A stretch of 64,000 nt of DNA from an uncultured Gammaproteobacteria bacterium. GTDB taxonomy: Bacteria > Patescibacteriota > Patescibacteriia > Patescibacteriales > WJLG01. A program made the position numbers and the translations under genes. Below are positions 22,332 to 31,234 of the stretch, piece by piece. Within the stretch, counting starts at the first letter, position 1. Each line of letters starts with the position of its first letter. Below the pieces are notes generated by a model. The model saw nothing but the letters and a program-made list of their open reading frames with translations, was not told where the DNA came from and made no database searches. The stretch lies in NCBI GenBank assembly GCA_964547855.1, contig CAZJPG010000002.1, forward strand, positions 41,797 through 105,796, given 5' to 3'.

Positions 22332-23297
22332 ATGAAAAAAGCAACGATGAAAGACATCGTCTTGGCGGTTACTTACCGCTGCAACTCACGCTGTCGCATG
22401 TGCGGCATCTGGAAGCGTACTGATCATGAAGGGGAGATATCGCCTGATGACCTGCGTCGCTTACCGTCAGAACTAGAGACCTTGAATCTTTCCGGTGGAG
22501 AGCCTTTTTTGCGTGCCGATTTGCCGGAAATGGTTAAAGTCGCTAAGGAGGTTTGTCCTAAAGTGTCGATCACTATATCGTCTAATGGTTTCGCCACTGA
22601 TTTAGTGGTCGAGAAGATGAAGGAAATACTAAAGATCGATAGAAATATCGGTGTGGCCATTTCGATCGATGGAATTGGGGAGAAGCACGAGGAGATCCGA
22701 GGTGTTCCAGGAGGTTTTAACAGGGCCATAGATACGGTCAAAAAATTAAAGGAGATCGGAGTTAAGAAATTGCGCTTAGCTTATACTGCCGCTGATTATA
22801 ATTTTCACGAACTTAAAGGTGTCTATCAATTATCTCGCGAGCTTGGCGTCGAAATGACTTTAGCGGCTGTACATTCCAGTGATAATTTTTTCGGTCAGGA
22901 GAACCCAATGACCGCCAATGAACAGATCGCGGCCCAACTTGATTGGCTAATGGACAAAGAATTGTCGTCTTGGAATCCGAAACGCTGGCTTCGGGCCTAC
23001 TTTACTTACGGCCTATCATATTTTGTTCGCAAGGGTTTGCGCATTTTGCCTGATTACTCCGGAGAGCTTAACTGTTTCATCGATCCGCGCGGCGACATCT
23101 ATCCTTGTGACGTTTCGACGATAGTCATCGGCAATCTTAAAAAAGGATTTGATCTTGTCGACGAGAAGGATTATGTCTGTCAGCATAGCTGGATGATCTG
23201 TACGGCTAGGCAGGCGATAAAGAAACATTGGCAGGAGGCGCTATGGTGGGTGGCAAAGAAAAAAATAGAAACATTTTTTAAGAATATTTTTGCATGA
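22332..23297 (+). CDS. Radical SAM protein with twitch/SPASM-like C-terminus
   Basis: CNSRCRMC, SGGEP, IDPRGDIYPC, C..SWMIC. Confidence 0.93.
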   Translation: MKKATMKDIVLAVTYRCNSRCRMCGIWKRTDHEGEISPDDLRRLPSELETLNLSGGEPFLRADLPEMVKVAKEVCPKVSITISSNGFATDLVVEKMKEILKIDRNIGVAISIDGIGEKHEEIRGVPGGFNRAIDTVKKLKEIGVKKLRLAYTAADYNFHELKGVYQLSRELGVEMTLAAVHSSDNFFGQENPMTANEQIAAQLDWLMDKELSSWNPKRWLRAYFTYGLSYFVRKGLRILPDYSGELNCFIDPRGDIYPCDVSTIVIGNLKKGFDLVDEKDYVCQHSWMICTARQAIKKHWQEALWWVAKKKIETFFKNIFA

Positions 23298-23436
23298 AGT
23301 TTTTTGTCTTTGTCGGCGCGCTTAACTGAAGCAGCCGGGCATGGTTTCGCGCGAAGCGCGAAGAGGCTGCGAAGTTTAGTAGCGAGCCGCCTCGCTGGCG
23401 GCGGCGAGCGGTAGCCGACGAAGACAAAAACGACTT
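23297..23436 (+). repeat. Structured intergenic element, divergent copy D
   Basis: Outer stem tttttgtctttgtcggc / gccgacgaagacaaaaa; keeps AGCGA-stem-CGCTGG-stem-GAGCG and the same length as A-C. Confidence 0.75.
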
Positions 23437-23445
23437 GCTACAAGA

Positions 23446-24168
23446 ATGATAAAAGAATTATTGTTAAAAATAAAAAAATCCAACGATTTTCGTCCGGCCT
23501 GGTATTCCGTTTTTATCAATCCTTATTTCATAGCCAGAAGGGGATTGTTTTTGCCGATCAGGGATTTTGCCAGAGGGCTAAAGAAAAAGGACGTTTTGGA
23601 TGTCGGATGTGGTAGCCGTCCTTATGAGTCGTTGTTCGCTGGTAATGGATATGCGGCGATCGACGTCGAAGGAGGTGGTCACAAGAAAGACGATAAATTA
23701 CCGGACAGATATTTCGATGGCACGAATATTCCTTACGATGACAAATCTTTCGATGCGGTCATTTGCACCGAAGTATTGGAGCACTCGCCGGAGCCGGAAA
23801 GGCTAGTGGCCGAGATTGCTAGAGTATTGGAGCACAAGGGTAAATTCTATGTCAGTGTGCCGTTTGTTTGGTATGAGCACGAGGCACCCTATGATTTTCG
23901 CCGCTTCACCAGCTACGGTCTGAAAAAATTGTTGGACGATAAATTCGTGGTGGAAAAAATAGAGCCGACATCCGGCGTGTTCGGTTGCTTAGCTCAAATA
24001 TTGTCAGCTTTCATTATTGAAAATTTTAGGCCAAAGAATTCGATAACTTACCCCTTGCTCTCTGCTGTGGTGTGTGCCCCAATCATGATCTTGGCCATTG
24101 TTTTGGATAAACTTGTCGGGCGTCGCTATATATCTTTGGGCTGGACAGCGACTTGCAGAAAGAAATAA
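23446..24168 (+). CDS. Class I SAM-dependent methyltransferase (type 11-like)
   Basis: VLDVGCG, FDAVICTEVLEH, HEAPYDFRRFT. Confidence 0.93.
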   Translation: MIKELLLKIKKSNDFRPAWYSVFINPYFIARRGLFLPIRDFARGLKKKDVLDVGCGSRPYESLFAGNGYAAIDVEGGGHKKDDKLPDRYFDGTNIPYDDKSFDAVICTEVLEHSPEPERLVAEIARVLEHKGKFYVSVPFVWYEHEAPYDFRRFTSYGLKKLLDDKFVVEKIEPTSGVFGCLAQILSAFIIENFRPKNSITYPLLSAVVCAPIMILAIVLDKLVGRRYISLGWTATCRKK

Positions 24169-24171
24169 TAA

Positions 24172-24309
24172 GTCTGTCAGAATTTGTTTTTAAAAGCTTT
24201 TTTCGAAGAATTTGCTCGGTCCGCCTTGGGCGGAAATTCTGAGAAAAACAGAGCGACGTCGAGCCGCTGGAGCGAGACGAGCGTCTTTTAAAAGTAAATT
24301 CTGACAGAC
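24172..24309 (+). repeat. Structured intergenic element, copy C
   Basis: Outer stem gtctgtcagaatttgtttttaaaag / cttttaaaagtaaattctgacagac (two G-T wobbles) around the shared core. Confidence 0.9.
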
Positions 24310-24349
24310 AAAAGCCAGATTTGTTTGTAATGACAAAAAGTTGAATCAA

Positions 24350-25576
24350 ATGAGAATCCTTTTAATCAACAACTATCATTATCTTCGCGGCGGCAGTGAG
24401 CGCGCTTATTTTGATACAGCCAGAGTTCTGGAAAGTCGCGGACATAAAGTGGCCTTCTTTTCGACTATCGACAAGAGGAATATCCCTACTCCTTGGTCGA
24501 AGTATTTCGTTTCCGATATCGACCTATCGGCTAATTTAGGTTTTACCAACAAGGCCAAGGCTTTTATAAAACTATTCGCTAATCCGGAAGCTGACAAAAA
24601 ACTAAAGGCCTTAATAGCCGAATTCAAGCCGGACGTGGCGCACTTGCATAATATCTATCGTCATATCTCGCCTTCGGTGGTAAAGGTCTTAAAGAATGCT
24701 GGCGTGCCCATGGTCATGACTTTGCATGATTATAAATTAATATCGCCGAATCGCAATTTATTGGTGCGCGGTAAGATATGGGAGGCGAGTCGTCCTTTTA
24801 GATTTTATAAATGTTTTACTGACCGCTGTATCGACAATTCTTTTTCAAAAAGTCTAGTCGCCAGTATCGAGAGCTATTGGCATCATTTTATGAACAGTTA
24901 TGGCGACATTAATTTTTTTATATCGCCTAGTGTTTTTTTAATGAAGAAGTTCCATGAATATGGATTCAATGGCAAGATATTCTATCTTCCTAATCCGATA
25001 TTTCCCGATGATATGTTTGGTGTGCATCCTAAGGTTGGGAAATACATCCTTTATTACGGGCGCTTAAGCGAAGAAAAAGGTGTCTTAGATTTGCTTAAGG
25101 CCTATTCTGATTCTAAGATCGACGTGGATTTGCATTTCGTCGGCGACGGGCCTTTAAAAGAAGAGCTTAAAAAGAAGGCCAAGCGCCTAGGCAATCGAGT
25201 TAAATTTTTTAGCCGCATGGAAGGTGAGGATCTTTGGGGTGAGGTCAGGGGCGCGGAATTAGTAGCCATACCATCGCTTTGGTATGAGAATGCCCCTTAT
25301 ACCGTATTGGAACCGATGGCGCTTGGTCGTCCGGTGTTGGCCTCTGACATAGGTGGTTTCAAAGAAATGATCAGAAAAGGAGAGAATGGATTTTTATTTA
25401 ACGCTGGTGACATAGACGATCTGTCGAATAAATTGAAAGAGATATTAGACATGGGCGATAAACTTATTAAAATAGGGGAGCGAGCCGCTAAAGATGTGAA
25501 ACATAGCAATTCTCCCAAGGGATATTATGAATATCTTTTGGATATTTATTTCAAAGCTTCAAGAGATAAAAAATAG
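24350..25576 (+). CDS. Glycosyltransferase family 4
   Basis: GGSE, HLHNIY, TLHDY, GRLSEEKG, PSLWYEN.P...LE.MA. Confidence 0.95.
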   Translation: MRILLINNYHYLRGGSERAYFDTARVLESRGHKVAFFSTIDKRNIPTPWSKYFVSDIDLSANLGFTNKAKAFIKLFANPEADKKLKALIAEFKPDVAHLHNIYRHISPSVVKVLKNAGVPMVMTLHDYKLISPNRNLLVRGKIWEASRPFRFYKCFTDRCIDNSFSKSLVASIESYWHHFMNSYGDINFFISPSVFLMKKFHEYGFNGKIFYLPNPIFPDDMFGVHPKVGKYILYYGRLSEEKGVLDLLKAYSDSKIDVDLHFVGDGPLKEELKKKAKRLGNRVKFFSRMEGEDLWGEVRGAELVAIPSLWYENAPYTVLEPMALGRPVLASDIGGFKEMIRKGENGFLFNAGDIDDLSNKLKEILDMGDKLIKIGERAAKDVKHSNSPKGYYEYLLDIYFKASRDKK

Positions 25577-25680
25577 TTTTTTGATCAAATAAGCGTATTT
25601 AATGAATATCGGTGTAATATATGACCGATATTTTTGTTTTATAAAAAGGGGTAATTAAAGCCTTAGTGAGGTCTTTAGTA

Positions 25681-25709
25681 TTGACATTTTTTATAAAATA
25701 TGCTATCAT
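25681..25709 (+). promoter_or_regulatory. Sigma70 promoter with extended -10
   Basis: TTGACA-17 nt-TATCAT with TG. Confidence 0.75.
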
Positions 25710-25790
25710 AAGATGATGACTGATGCACTGGGAATTCGAATTATATTTTTATATTAATATAAGCCAAATATTTGTAAGCTAAATACTATT

Positions 25791-27068
25791 ATGAAGAAGA
25801 TTGTTATCATCACTGTTTTGCTTTCCTTGGTCGGTACCGTGATTTTTGTCGGTAGCCAGGCCAAAGGTAAGGTAAAACCTTATTATTCCGGTGAGGCCGC
25901 CAGTTTTAATGGCAAGGTCTATGTCGGAACGGTCAATAGCGGCAGCTTTGAGCTTTTCGCTTTAGAGAACGGTAATTTATACCGCAAGACCTCTATTCAA
26001 TCGCAGGATCGCGAAAGCAAAGAATTCGCCGACTTGCTTTTCTGGAAAGAAGGCGGAAAACTTTACGTCTTTTTGACCAATGGTCGTTATTTGTATAAAT
26101 ACGATATTTCCAACCCTGTCGTCCCTAAAGAAGTTGCCAAGATCAAGGATAATTCTTGGGATTGGTTCCTACGTTTAGATGTTAAGGATGGAAAGCTCGT
26201 CACTATTGGTTCCAAAGGTATGAAAGTTTGGAACAACGAGATGATCGTGGTCGATTCCTATAATATGATCGATAACTACGATCTTGGATCGGCTTCTTTC
26301 TCTGAAAAAGGCGATTTGGCCATTAACATGCAGAATGACAAGGTTAAAGTATATAACACTGCCACTCGCAAGGAAGTTGCTGAATATTCCATCGCCACTA
26401 ACGACAGCAAAGCAGTTCGCTCTGCGGTCGGTACTAGCGACGAAGGCCTAGTTTATTTAGTTGATGACAAATCTTTTAAGGCCATTGGCTTAGATGGTGA
26501 GGTCAAGAAAGAATTCAAACATATTTCCAATGCTGGTTATGATGTTGCTGATTCTGTCAATCCTGATTATATATATTTCACTGATGGCATGGGAGTGGTC
26601 AAAGTTGACAGAGACACTTTCAAGCCTACTAAGTGGGCCTACGCTTACGCTGATACCCCGACCGGTTCTTGGTCTATGGGTCTTAAAGTCGTTCCAGATG
26701 GAGCTAGCGAGAAAGTCGTCGTCTTCAACGGATCGAATATCTGGGTCTTAGATAACAATCTTAACACTGTCGCTTATTACGAATCAAAAGAAGAGGACTA
26801 TCGTCCTATCGAAGACCTTTCTTTAGGAATCGACAAGAACTTTGCCGCTCCTGGCACTCAAGTTTCTTTGGTCGGACAGGGTTATGGCATCGGCGAGGAT
26901 GTTAAGATCGAATTCGCCGGCGTCAAACAGACCGTCGTTCAGGCTGATGTCAATGGTCGCTTCAAGGCCATCTTGACCGTCCCGAGCGTTTTGCCTGGTG
27001 GAGCCGATATTAAGGCCACGGGTCAGTCCACTAAGAGGACTTATAGCATCGCTTTCAAGATTCAATAA
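25791..27068 (+). CDS. Secreted beta-rich protein (propeller-like plus C-terminal Ig-like domain)
   Basis: Signal peptide; YKYDISNPVVP LVIVD-like motif; C-terminal PG..V...G.GY..GE.V. Confidence 0.75.
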   Translation: MKKIVIITVLLSLVGTVIFVGSQAKGKVKPYYSGEAASFNGKVYVGTVNSGSFELFALENGNLYRKTSIQSQDRESKEFADLLFWKEGGKLYVFLTNGRYLYKYDISNPVVPKEVAKIKDNSWDWFLRLDVKDGKLVTIGSKGMKVWNNEMIVVDSYNMIDNYDLGSASFSEKGDLAINMQNDKVKVYNTATRKEVAEYSIATNDSKAVRSAVGTSDEGLVYLVDDKSFKAIGLDGEVKKEFKHISNAGYDVADSVNPDYIYFTDGMGVVKVDRDTFKPTKWAYAYADTPTGSWSMGLKVVPDGASEKVVVFNGSNIWVLDNNLNTVAYYESKEEDYRPIEDLSLGIDKNFAAPGTQVSLVGQGYGIGEDVKIEFAGVKQTVVQADVNGRFKAILTVPSVLPGGADIKATGQSTKRTYSIAFKIQ

Positions 27069-27135
27069 TAATTGGATTCTTATATACCCTTCGTCTGTGA
27101 ATCATAGGCGAAGGGGAATAAGAAGCTGATAAATT

Positions 27136-28314
27136 ATGAAAATAGCTTTCATAGGACAAAAAGGAATACCATCCAAATCTGGAGGCGTGGAAAGACACGT
27201 CGAGGATTTGTCTGTGCGCTTAGCATCCCTTGGCCACGAGGTTTTGGTATATACCAGACCGAATTATACCGACCAGAAGATGGTCGAGTACAAGGGGGTT
27301 AAGTTGATTTCCTTGCCCAGTTTAGCGACTAAGCATTTCGATGCCATCACTCACACCTTTAGAGCTTGTCTGGATGTTGTTAAGAGAGATGTTGATTTGG
27401 TCCACTTCCATTCGATCGGACCTTCTTCGTTGATTTGGTTGGTCAAGCTTCTTAAGCCTTCTGTGCCGGTTATCGCTACTTTCCATTGTCAGGATTATTA
27501 CCATCAAAAGTGGGGTATTCTTGCCAGGACATATTTAAAGCTTGGTGAGGCTATGGCTTGCAAGATGTCCGATAGGACCATAACTGTTTCCAAGACCTTA
27601 AAGGATCATGCTGCTCGTAAACATAAGATTTCCGCTGATTACATACCTAACGGCGTCGAAATGCCGGAGGGCGACATGTCTGATAAGGGCGTTAAATACT
27701 TTGGTCTTAAAAAGAATGGTTACATTCTAGCTGTGAGTCGTATCGTTAAGCACAAGGGATTACAATATTTAGTCGAAGCCTTTAAAAATGTTAAGACCGA
27801 TAAGAAATTGGTCATAGTCGGTGGCGGAGCCTATACCGACAAATTCGTTGACCGTCTTAAAGAGATGGCTAAAGACGATAAGAGGATAATTTTCACTGGC
27901 CCGCAATCGGGCACGGTGGTGAGCGAACTTTTCGCCAACTCCTATTTATTCGTCCAGCCGTCCGAGTCTGAAGGCATGTCCATCGCACTCTTGGAAGCGA
28001 TGTCTCATGGCAAGACTACTTTGGTCTCCGATATTCCGGAGAATAAGGAAGTTATAGGTTATACTGGTTTCACCTTCCGTTCTAAGTGTCCGGCTGATTT
28101 GATGGGTAAGCTGAATTGCTTGCTTCGCAATCCTAAGATAGTCAGCGATATGGGCCAGTTGGAAAAGAAACGAGTCAGTCAAGAATATAATTGGGGAACT
28201 ACTGTTGACAAGATCGTCAAGTTGTACGACAATGCCCTGTCCGTTAAGAAACAGGAACGTAGAGCTTTAAAAAAGCTGAGATTCGCCCAGAAATTCTTAA
28301 ATCTATTCTTTTAA
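27136..28314 (+). CDS. Glycosyltransferase family 4
   Basis: MKIAFIGQKGIP..GGVE; PSESEGMSIALLEAMS. Confidence 0.96.
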   Translation: MKIAFIGQKGIPSKSGGVERHVEDLSVRLASLGHEVLVYTRPNYTDQKMVEYKGVKLISLPSLATKHFDAITHTFRACLDVVKRDVDLVHFHSIGPSSLIWLVKLLKPSVPVIATFHCQDYYHQKWGILARTYLKLGEAMACKMSDRTITVSKTLKDHAARKHKISADYIPNGVEMPEGDMSDKGVKYFGLKKNGYILAVSRIVKHKGLQYLVEAFKNVKTDKKLVIVGGGAYTDKFVDRLKEMAKDDKRIIFTGPQSGTVVSELFANSYLFVQPSESEGMSIALLEAMSHGKTTLVSDIPENKEVIGYTGFTFRSKCPADLMGKLNCLLRNPKIVSDMGQLEKKRVSQEYNWGTTVDKIVKLYDNALSVKKQERRALKKLRFAQKFLNLFF

Positions 28315-28491
28315 AAGGTTTTTAACCTAAGATAAGCCTGTAATCCTTTTTCGCCTTTAGGCGTTAAAGGAGTATGGGCCGGGCACACCAACCCCCGAAA
28401 GGGGCAATTGGTATCTCCGGTTCATATCACCCTAGTGGGTGGAGTGAAAAAAAGTCCTTTACACATATTTTTTTTCGAAGGGAGGCCTTAA

Positions 28492-29793
28492 ATGGCTAAG
28501 CTCAATGGTTTGCTTGCAGTTGTGGGCGCCTCCATCCTCATGATGGCGGTTGGTTGTGCTGAGAATAATCCTCTTGCTGTTCGCGAGGTTGGTTCTGGTG
28601 ATGATGGTGGTATTTCAATCGTAGCACTGGCCAAAACAACAGCAGTCGGAGATACTTCGACCGATTCGATCGGTCGCGGCACGACAGCGATGTGTTCAGC
28701 GGAAATAGCCAGAAAGAGTCTGGCGGACAGTATTCTGTCCTCGCGCTGGGATTTCGGCGATGGTAGCAGCTATAACTGCTCCAATGATTCCGGGATATGC
28801 TCAGTCGAGCATCAGTACAACACGCTGGGCGTTTACACGATCAGTTTGGTAGTTGTCCTTAAGGGCAATAAAATACTGACACCCTGGAGAAGGATCGTAG
28901 TCGTCGAGACTTCGAATTTGACTCCGGTCACAAGTAATCAGGATTCGATGTTGATGTACGGATCGAGCTCGCAGATCGGAAATACCGGTCACTGGGATGT
29001 TAATTTCCTGGTCGGTGTAAACTCGATCTCTGCGGCGGCGGTTCGTGCGAATATTTCCGTTTTACGTTTATTCCGTGAGGGCGGGCGCGACAATGAGTGG
29101 AGTCAGAAGATCGCTATCGTTTCAAAGACGAGCGATGGAAAATTCTATCTGTTCACCATTCAGGATCTTGTTCCCGGACGTGACTATCGTTTTCGGTTCG
29201 GTATGGACATTAACGATCCGTCAAACACTATTCTGAACAGTACGGAATTTATCCGCAACAAGTTCTATAGTGTCGAATATGACGTTTTCGAATTCTCACT
29301 CAATTATAATGGACAAGCAGTCCCGAAGACAAAAGATTACGGCACGGTCGTTACGCCGGTCGATACCAGCGACACCACAAAGGTGACGCCGGAAGATACG
29401 ACCAAACCCACGCTCATCGGACAGTTCGGTGACACCAGCCAGACTGACTGGATCATCAGAAAAGAATATGTCGTGGCCAGATCCTCGTATATCTTCTATT
29501 TCAATTATCGTCCAAGTAAGGATCCGATCGGACAGGTCGCGCAAGCAGCCTTCGTTGTGGCCAACATGCATCCAACTGTCAACAGCGGGAAAGAATCGCT
29601 GACTATGATGGGTGATACCGTTGGTTATATCGAGATTCCGGTTGATGAATTTCCGGACGAAGGACTTCGGTTCTATCAGTACGGAAGGGGAACGGCCTAT
29701 CGTAATTTCTCCGGCTCGCTTTGTGCGATGACCGACGGAAGCGTTTGGCTCACAGCCAACATTGCCACACTTTCGAAAAAGGCAGTCCGGTAA
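28492..29793 (+). CDS. Putative lipoprotein with PKD domain
   Basis: GGAGG SD, lipobox AVGC, WDFGDG...H.Y...GVYTISL PKD motif. Confidence 0.85.
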   Translation: MAKLNGLLAVVGASILMMAVGCAENNPLAVREVGSGDDGGISIVALAKTTAVGDTSTDSIGRGTTAMCSAEIARKSLADSILSSRWDFGDGSSYNCSNDSGICSVEHQYNTLGVYTISLVVVLKGNKILTPWRRIVVVETSNLTPVTSNQDSMLMYGSSSQIGNTGHWDVNFLVGVNSISAAAVRANISVLRLFREGGRDNEWSQKIAIVSKTSDGKFYLFTIQDLVPGRDYRFRFGMDINDPSNTILNSTEFIRNKFYSVEYDVFEFSLNYNGQAVPKTKDYGTVVTPVDTSDTTKVTPEDTTKPTLIGQFGDTSQTDWIIRKEYVVARSSYIFYFNYRPSKDPIGQVAQAAFVVANMHPTVNSGKESLTMMGDTVGYIEIPVDEFPDEGLRFYQYGRGTAYRNFSGSLCAMTDGSVWLTANIATLSKKAVR

Positions 29794-29818
29794 AATATAT
29801 CGGCAGCCTGAAAACTTA

Positions 29819-29866
29819 GGGGTCTTTGAGGATATCGCAAGATATCTTTCAAGGGCCCTTTTTTTA
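29819..29866 (+). terminator. Intrinsic terminator
   Basis: ggggtctttga...gcaa...tcaagggcccc followed by a T run. Confidence 0.8.
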
Positions 29867-30006
29867 TTGTTTTTAAATTTTATATTGACTTATTTGGCAT
29901 AAATTGGTAATATCATTATCCCTATAAGAGGGGCTGCCCGAAAGGGCAAGAGTTCATTTTTTAAAGCGTAAAAACAACAATCATCCTAAAAAAAGGAGGA
30001 CGATGA

Positions 30007-30483
30007 ATGAGATTCAGGAGAATTTCCCTGTTCGTCGGCGTCGCGTTGTTGTGTTCGTTGCCACTGGCGTTATCTTGCTCGGATAATTCAGCGACCGGAC
30101 CAGGCGACTACAGCAGAGATGAAATGTTCAAGGTCGAATTCAAATCATGGTCTATTGCTGGCTATGCCAACATCGAACTATTTTTTCTGGTAGAGGCTTT
30201 TGGCCAAGGATCGAATCCTTTTGCCATGGGGCCCGTTCATTGGGAGTCAGTAGTGCTACTGGAGAAATGTTATAAGACTAGCGATGGAAAATATTACATA
30301 TTCTCCGAAACCGTGGAAGCTAATAAGCTAAAGACGGTTTCCGCTGGCTGGGATTGGAATGGGAATGTAAATAATTCCACATTTCTGACTGGTGAGGATA
30401 TGGTCGGTAATCGATATTTTAATCCCAAGACGGATAATTTCGGTTTTAAAGTATCCTCAAATGGATACATCCAAACACCTTAG
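30007..30483 (+). CDS. Putative lipoprotein, partial paralog of 28492..29793
   Basis: AAGGAGG SD, LALSC-SDNSATGP, shared KTSDGK[FY]Y[LI]F motif. Confidence 0.8.
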   Translation: MRFRRISLFVGVALLCSLPLALSCSDNSATGPGDYSRDEMFKVEFKSWSIAGYANIELFFLVEAFGQGSNPFAMGPVHWESVVLLEKCYKTSDGKYYIFSETVEANKLKTVSAGWDWNGNVNNSTFLTGEDMVGNRYFNPKTDNFGFKVSSNGYIQTP

Positions 30484-30582
30484 TTGATCTATATGGTCAA
30501 AGTCCGCACGAAGATGTTACGCGTGCGGATTTTTTATTTGGTCGTTGTTTACAAAATCTATTTTTATTGATAATTTAAACCT

Positions 30583-30963
30583 ATGATTTTAAGCATAGAC
30601 ACAATCGATAACGTCAATATTTTGCTAAAGCTTGAAGACGGCGGCAAAATTTTGGAAAGCAAGATTTCTGCCGAAAGAACGCAGGGCGAGAAATTGTTGC
30701 CTGCTATCAACAACCTTCTTAAGTCGGCTAAAAAGAGTCTTAAAGACCTAAAAGAGATAAAAGTAGCCGATACTGGCGGGAGTTTTACGTCTTTACGTAT
30801 CGGAGTGGCCACCGCCAACGCCTTGGCTTTTGCTCTTAATATACCTGTTATTGGTTTTTCGGGGCATAAAATAGAAAAAGACGGCTTAATTATAGTGGAA
30901 CCAGAATACGATAGGGAGCCTGATATAGGAAAACCTCGTAATTCAGTCAAAACTGTGGATTAA
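30583..30963 (+). CDS. tsaB: tRNA threonylcarbamoyladenosine protein TsaB (short form)
   Basis: ILSIDT, EKLLPAI, GSFTSLRIGVATANALA. Confidence 0.88.
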   Translation: MILSIDTIDNVNILLKLEDGGKILESKISAERTQGEKLLPAINNLLKSAKKSLKDLKEIKVADTGGSFTSLRIGVATANALAFALNIPVIGFSGHKIEKDGLIIVEPEYDREPDIGKPRNSVKTVD

Positions 30964-30985
30964 CTGTTTATAATAGTTTTCCACA
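30954..30985. promoter_or_regulatory. DnaA-box-like cluster upstream of the dcw operon
   Basis: TGTGGATTA (30954) and TTTTCCACA (30977) each have 1 mismatch to consensus; TGTTTATAA (30965) has 2. Confidence 0.5.
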
Positions 30986-31071
30986 ATCACAATGATACAA
31001 AACAACGGTCAATGGCCGTTGTTTTATTTTTTGCTAATTTAATTGATAATGCATCTTGTTTATGGCAGGGG

Positions 31072-31136
31072 ATGGGAGTGGTTGACAGTGGGGGCTTGGT
31101 GGCGTATGATATAAGAGTATTGGTGAAAAGTGGGGA
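31072..31136 (+). promoter_or_regulatory. mraZ/dcw promoter with MraZ-type TGG(G) direct repeats
   Basis: TTGACA (31082)-17 nt-TATGAT (31105); several (G)TGG[GT/C] repeats overlap the promoter. Confidence 0.7.
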
Positions 31137-31234
31137 ACTGAGGCACGATTCAAGTTATGGGCTTGAACAAGACCTTAGCCCACTTTTGCGAGAAGAAGAT
31201 TAATTATCGATCATCTTTTGGCAAAAGCGGGTAT

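Noticed and set aside
20506-24309. CRISPR array or classical integron attC sites
   Set aside because: The repeats are ~139 nt and separated by whole genes; there are no cas genes, no RYYYAAC/GTTRRRY ends and no intI in the window.
28375-28430. c-di-GMP-I riboswitch
   Set aside because: A GAAA-capped stem is present, but the GGCAAAC and GACGCAAAG elements and the second stem with its receptor are not matched.
30954-30985. Replication origin (oriC)
   Set aside because: Only two or three imperfect DnaA boxes, no dnaA or dnaN nearby and no clear unwinding element.
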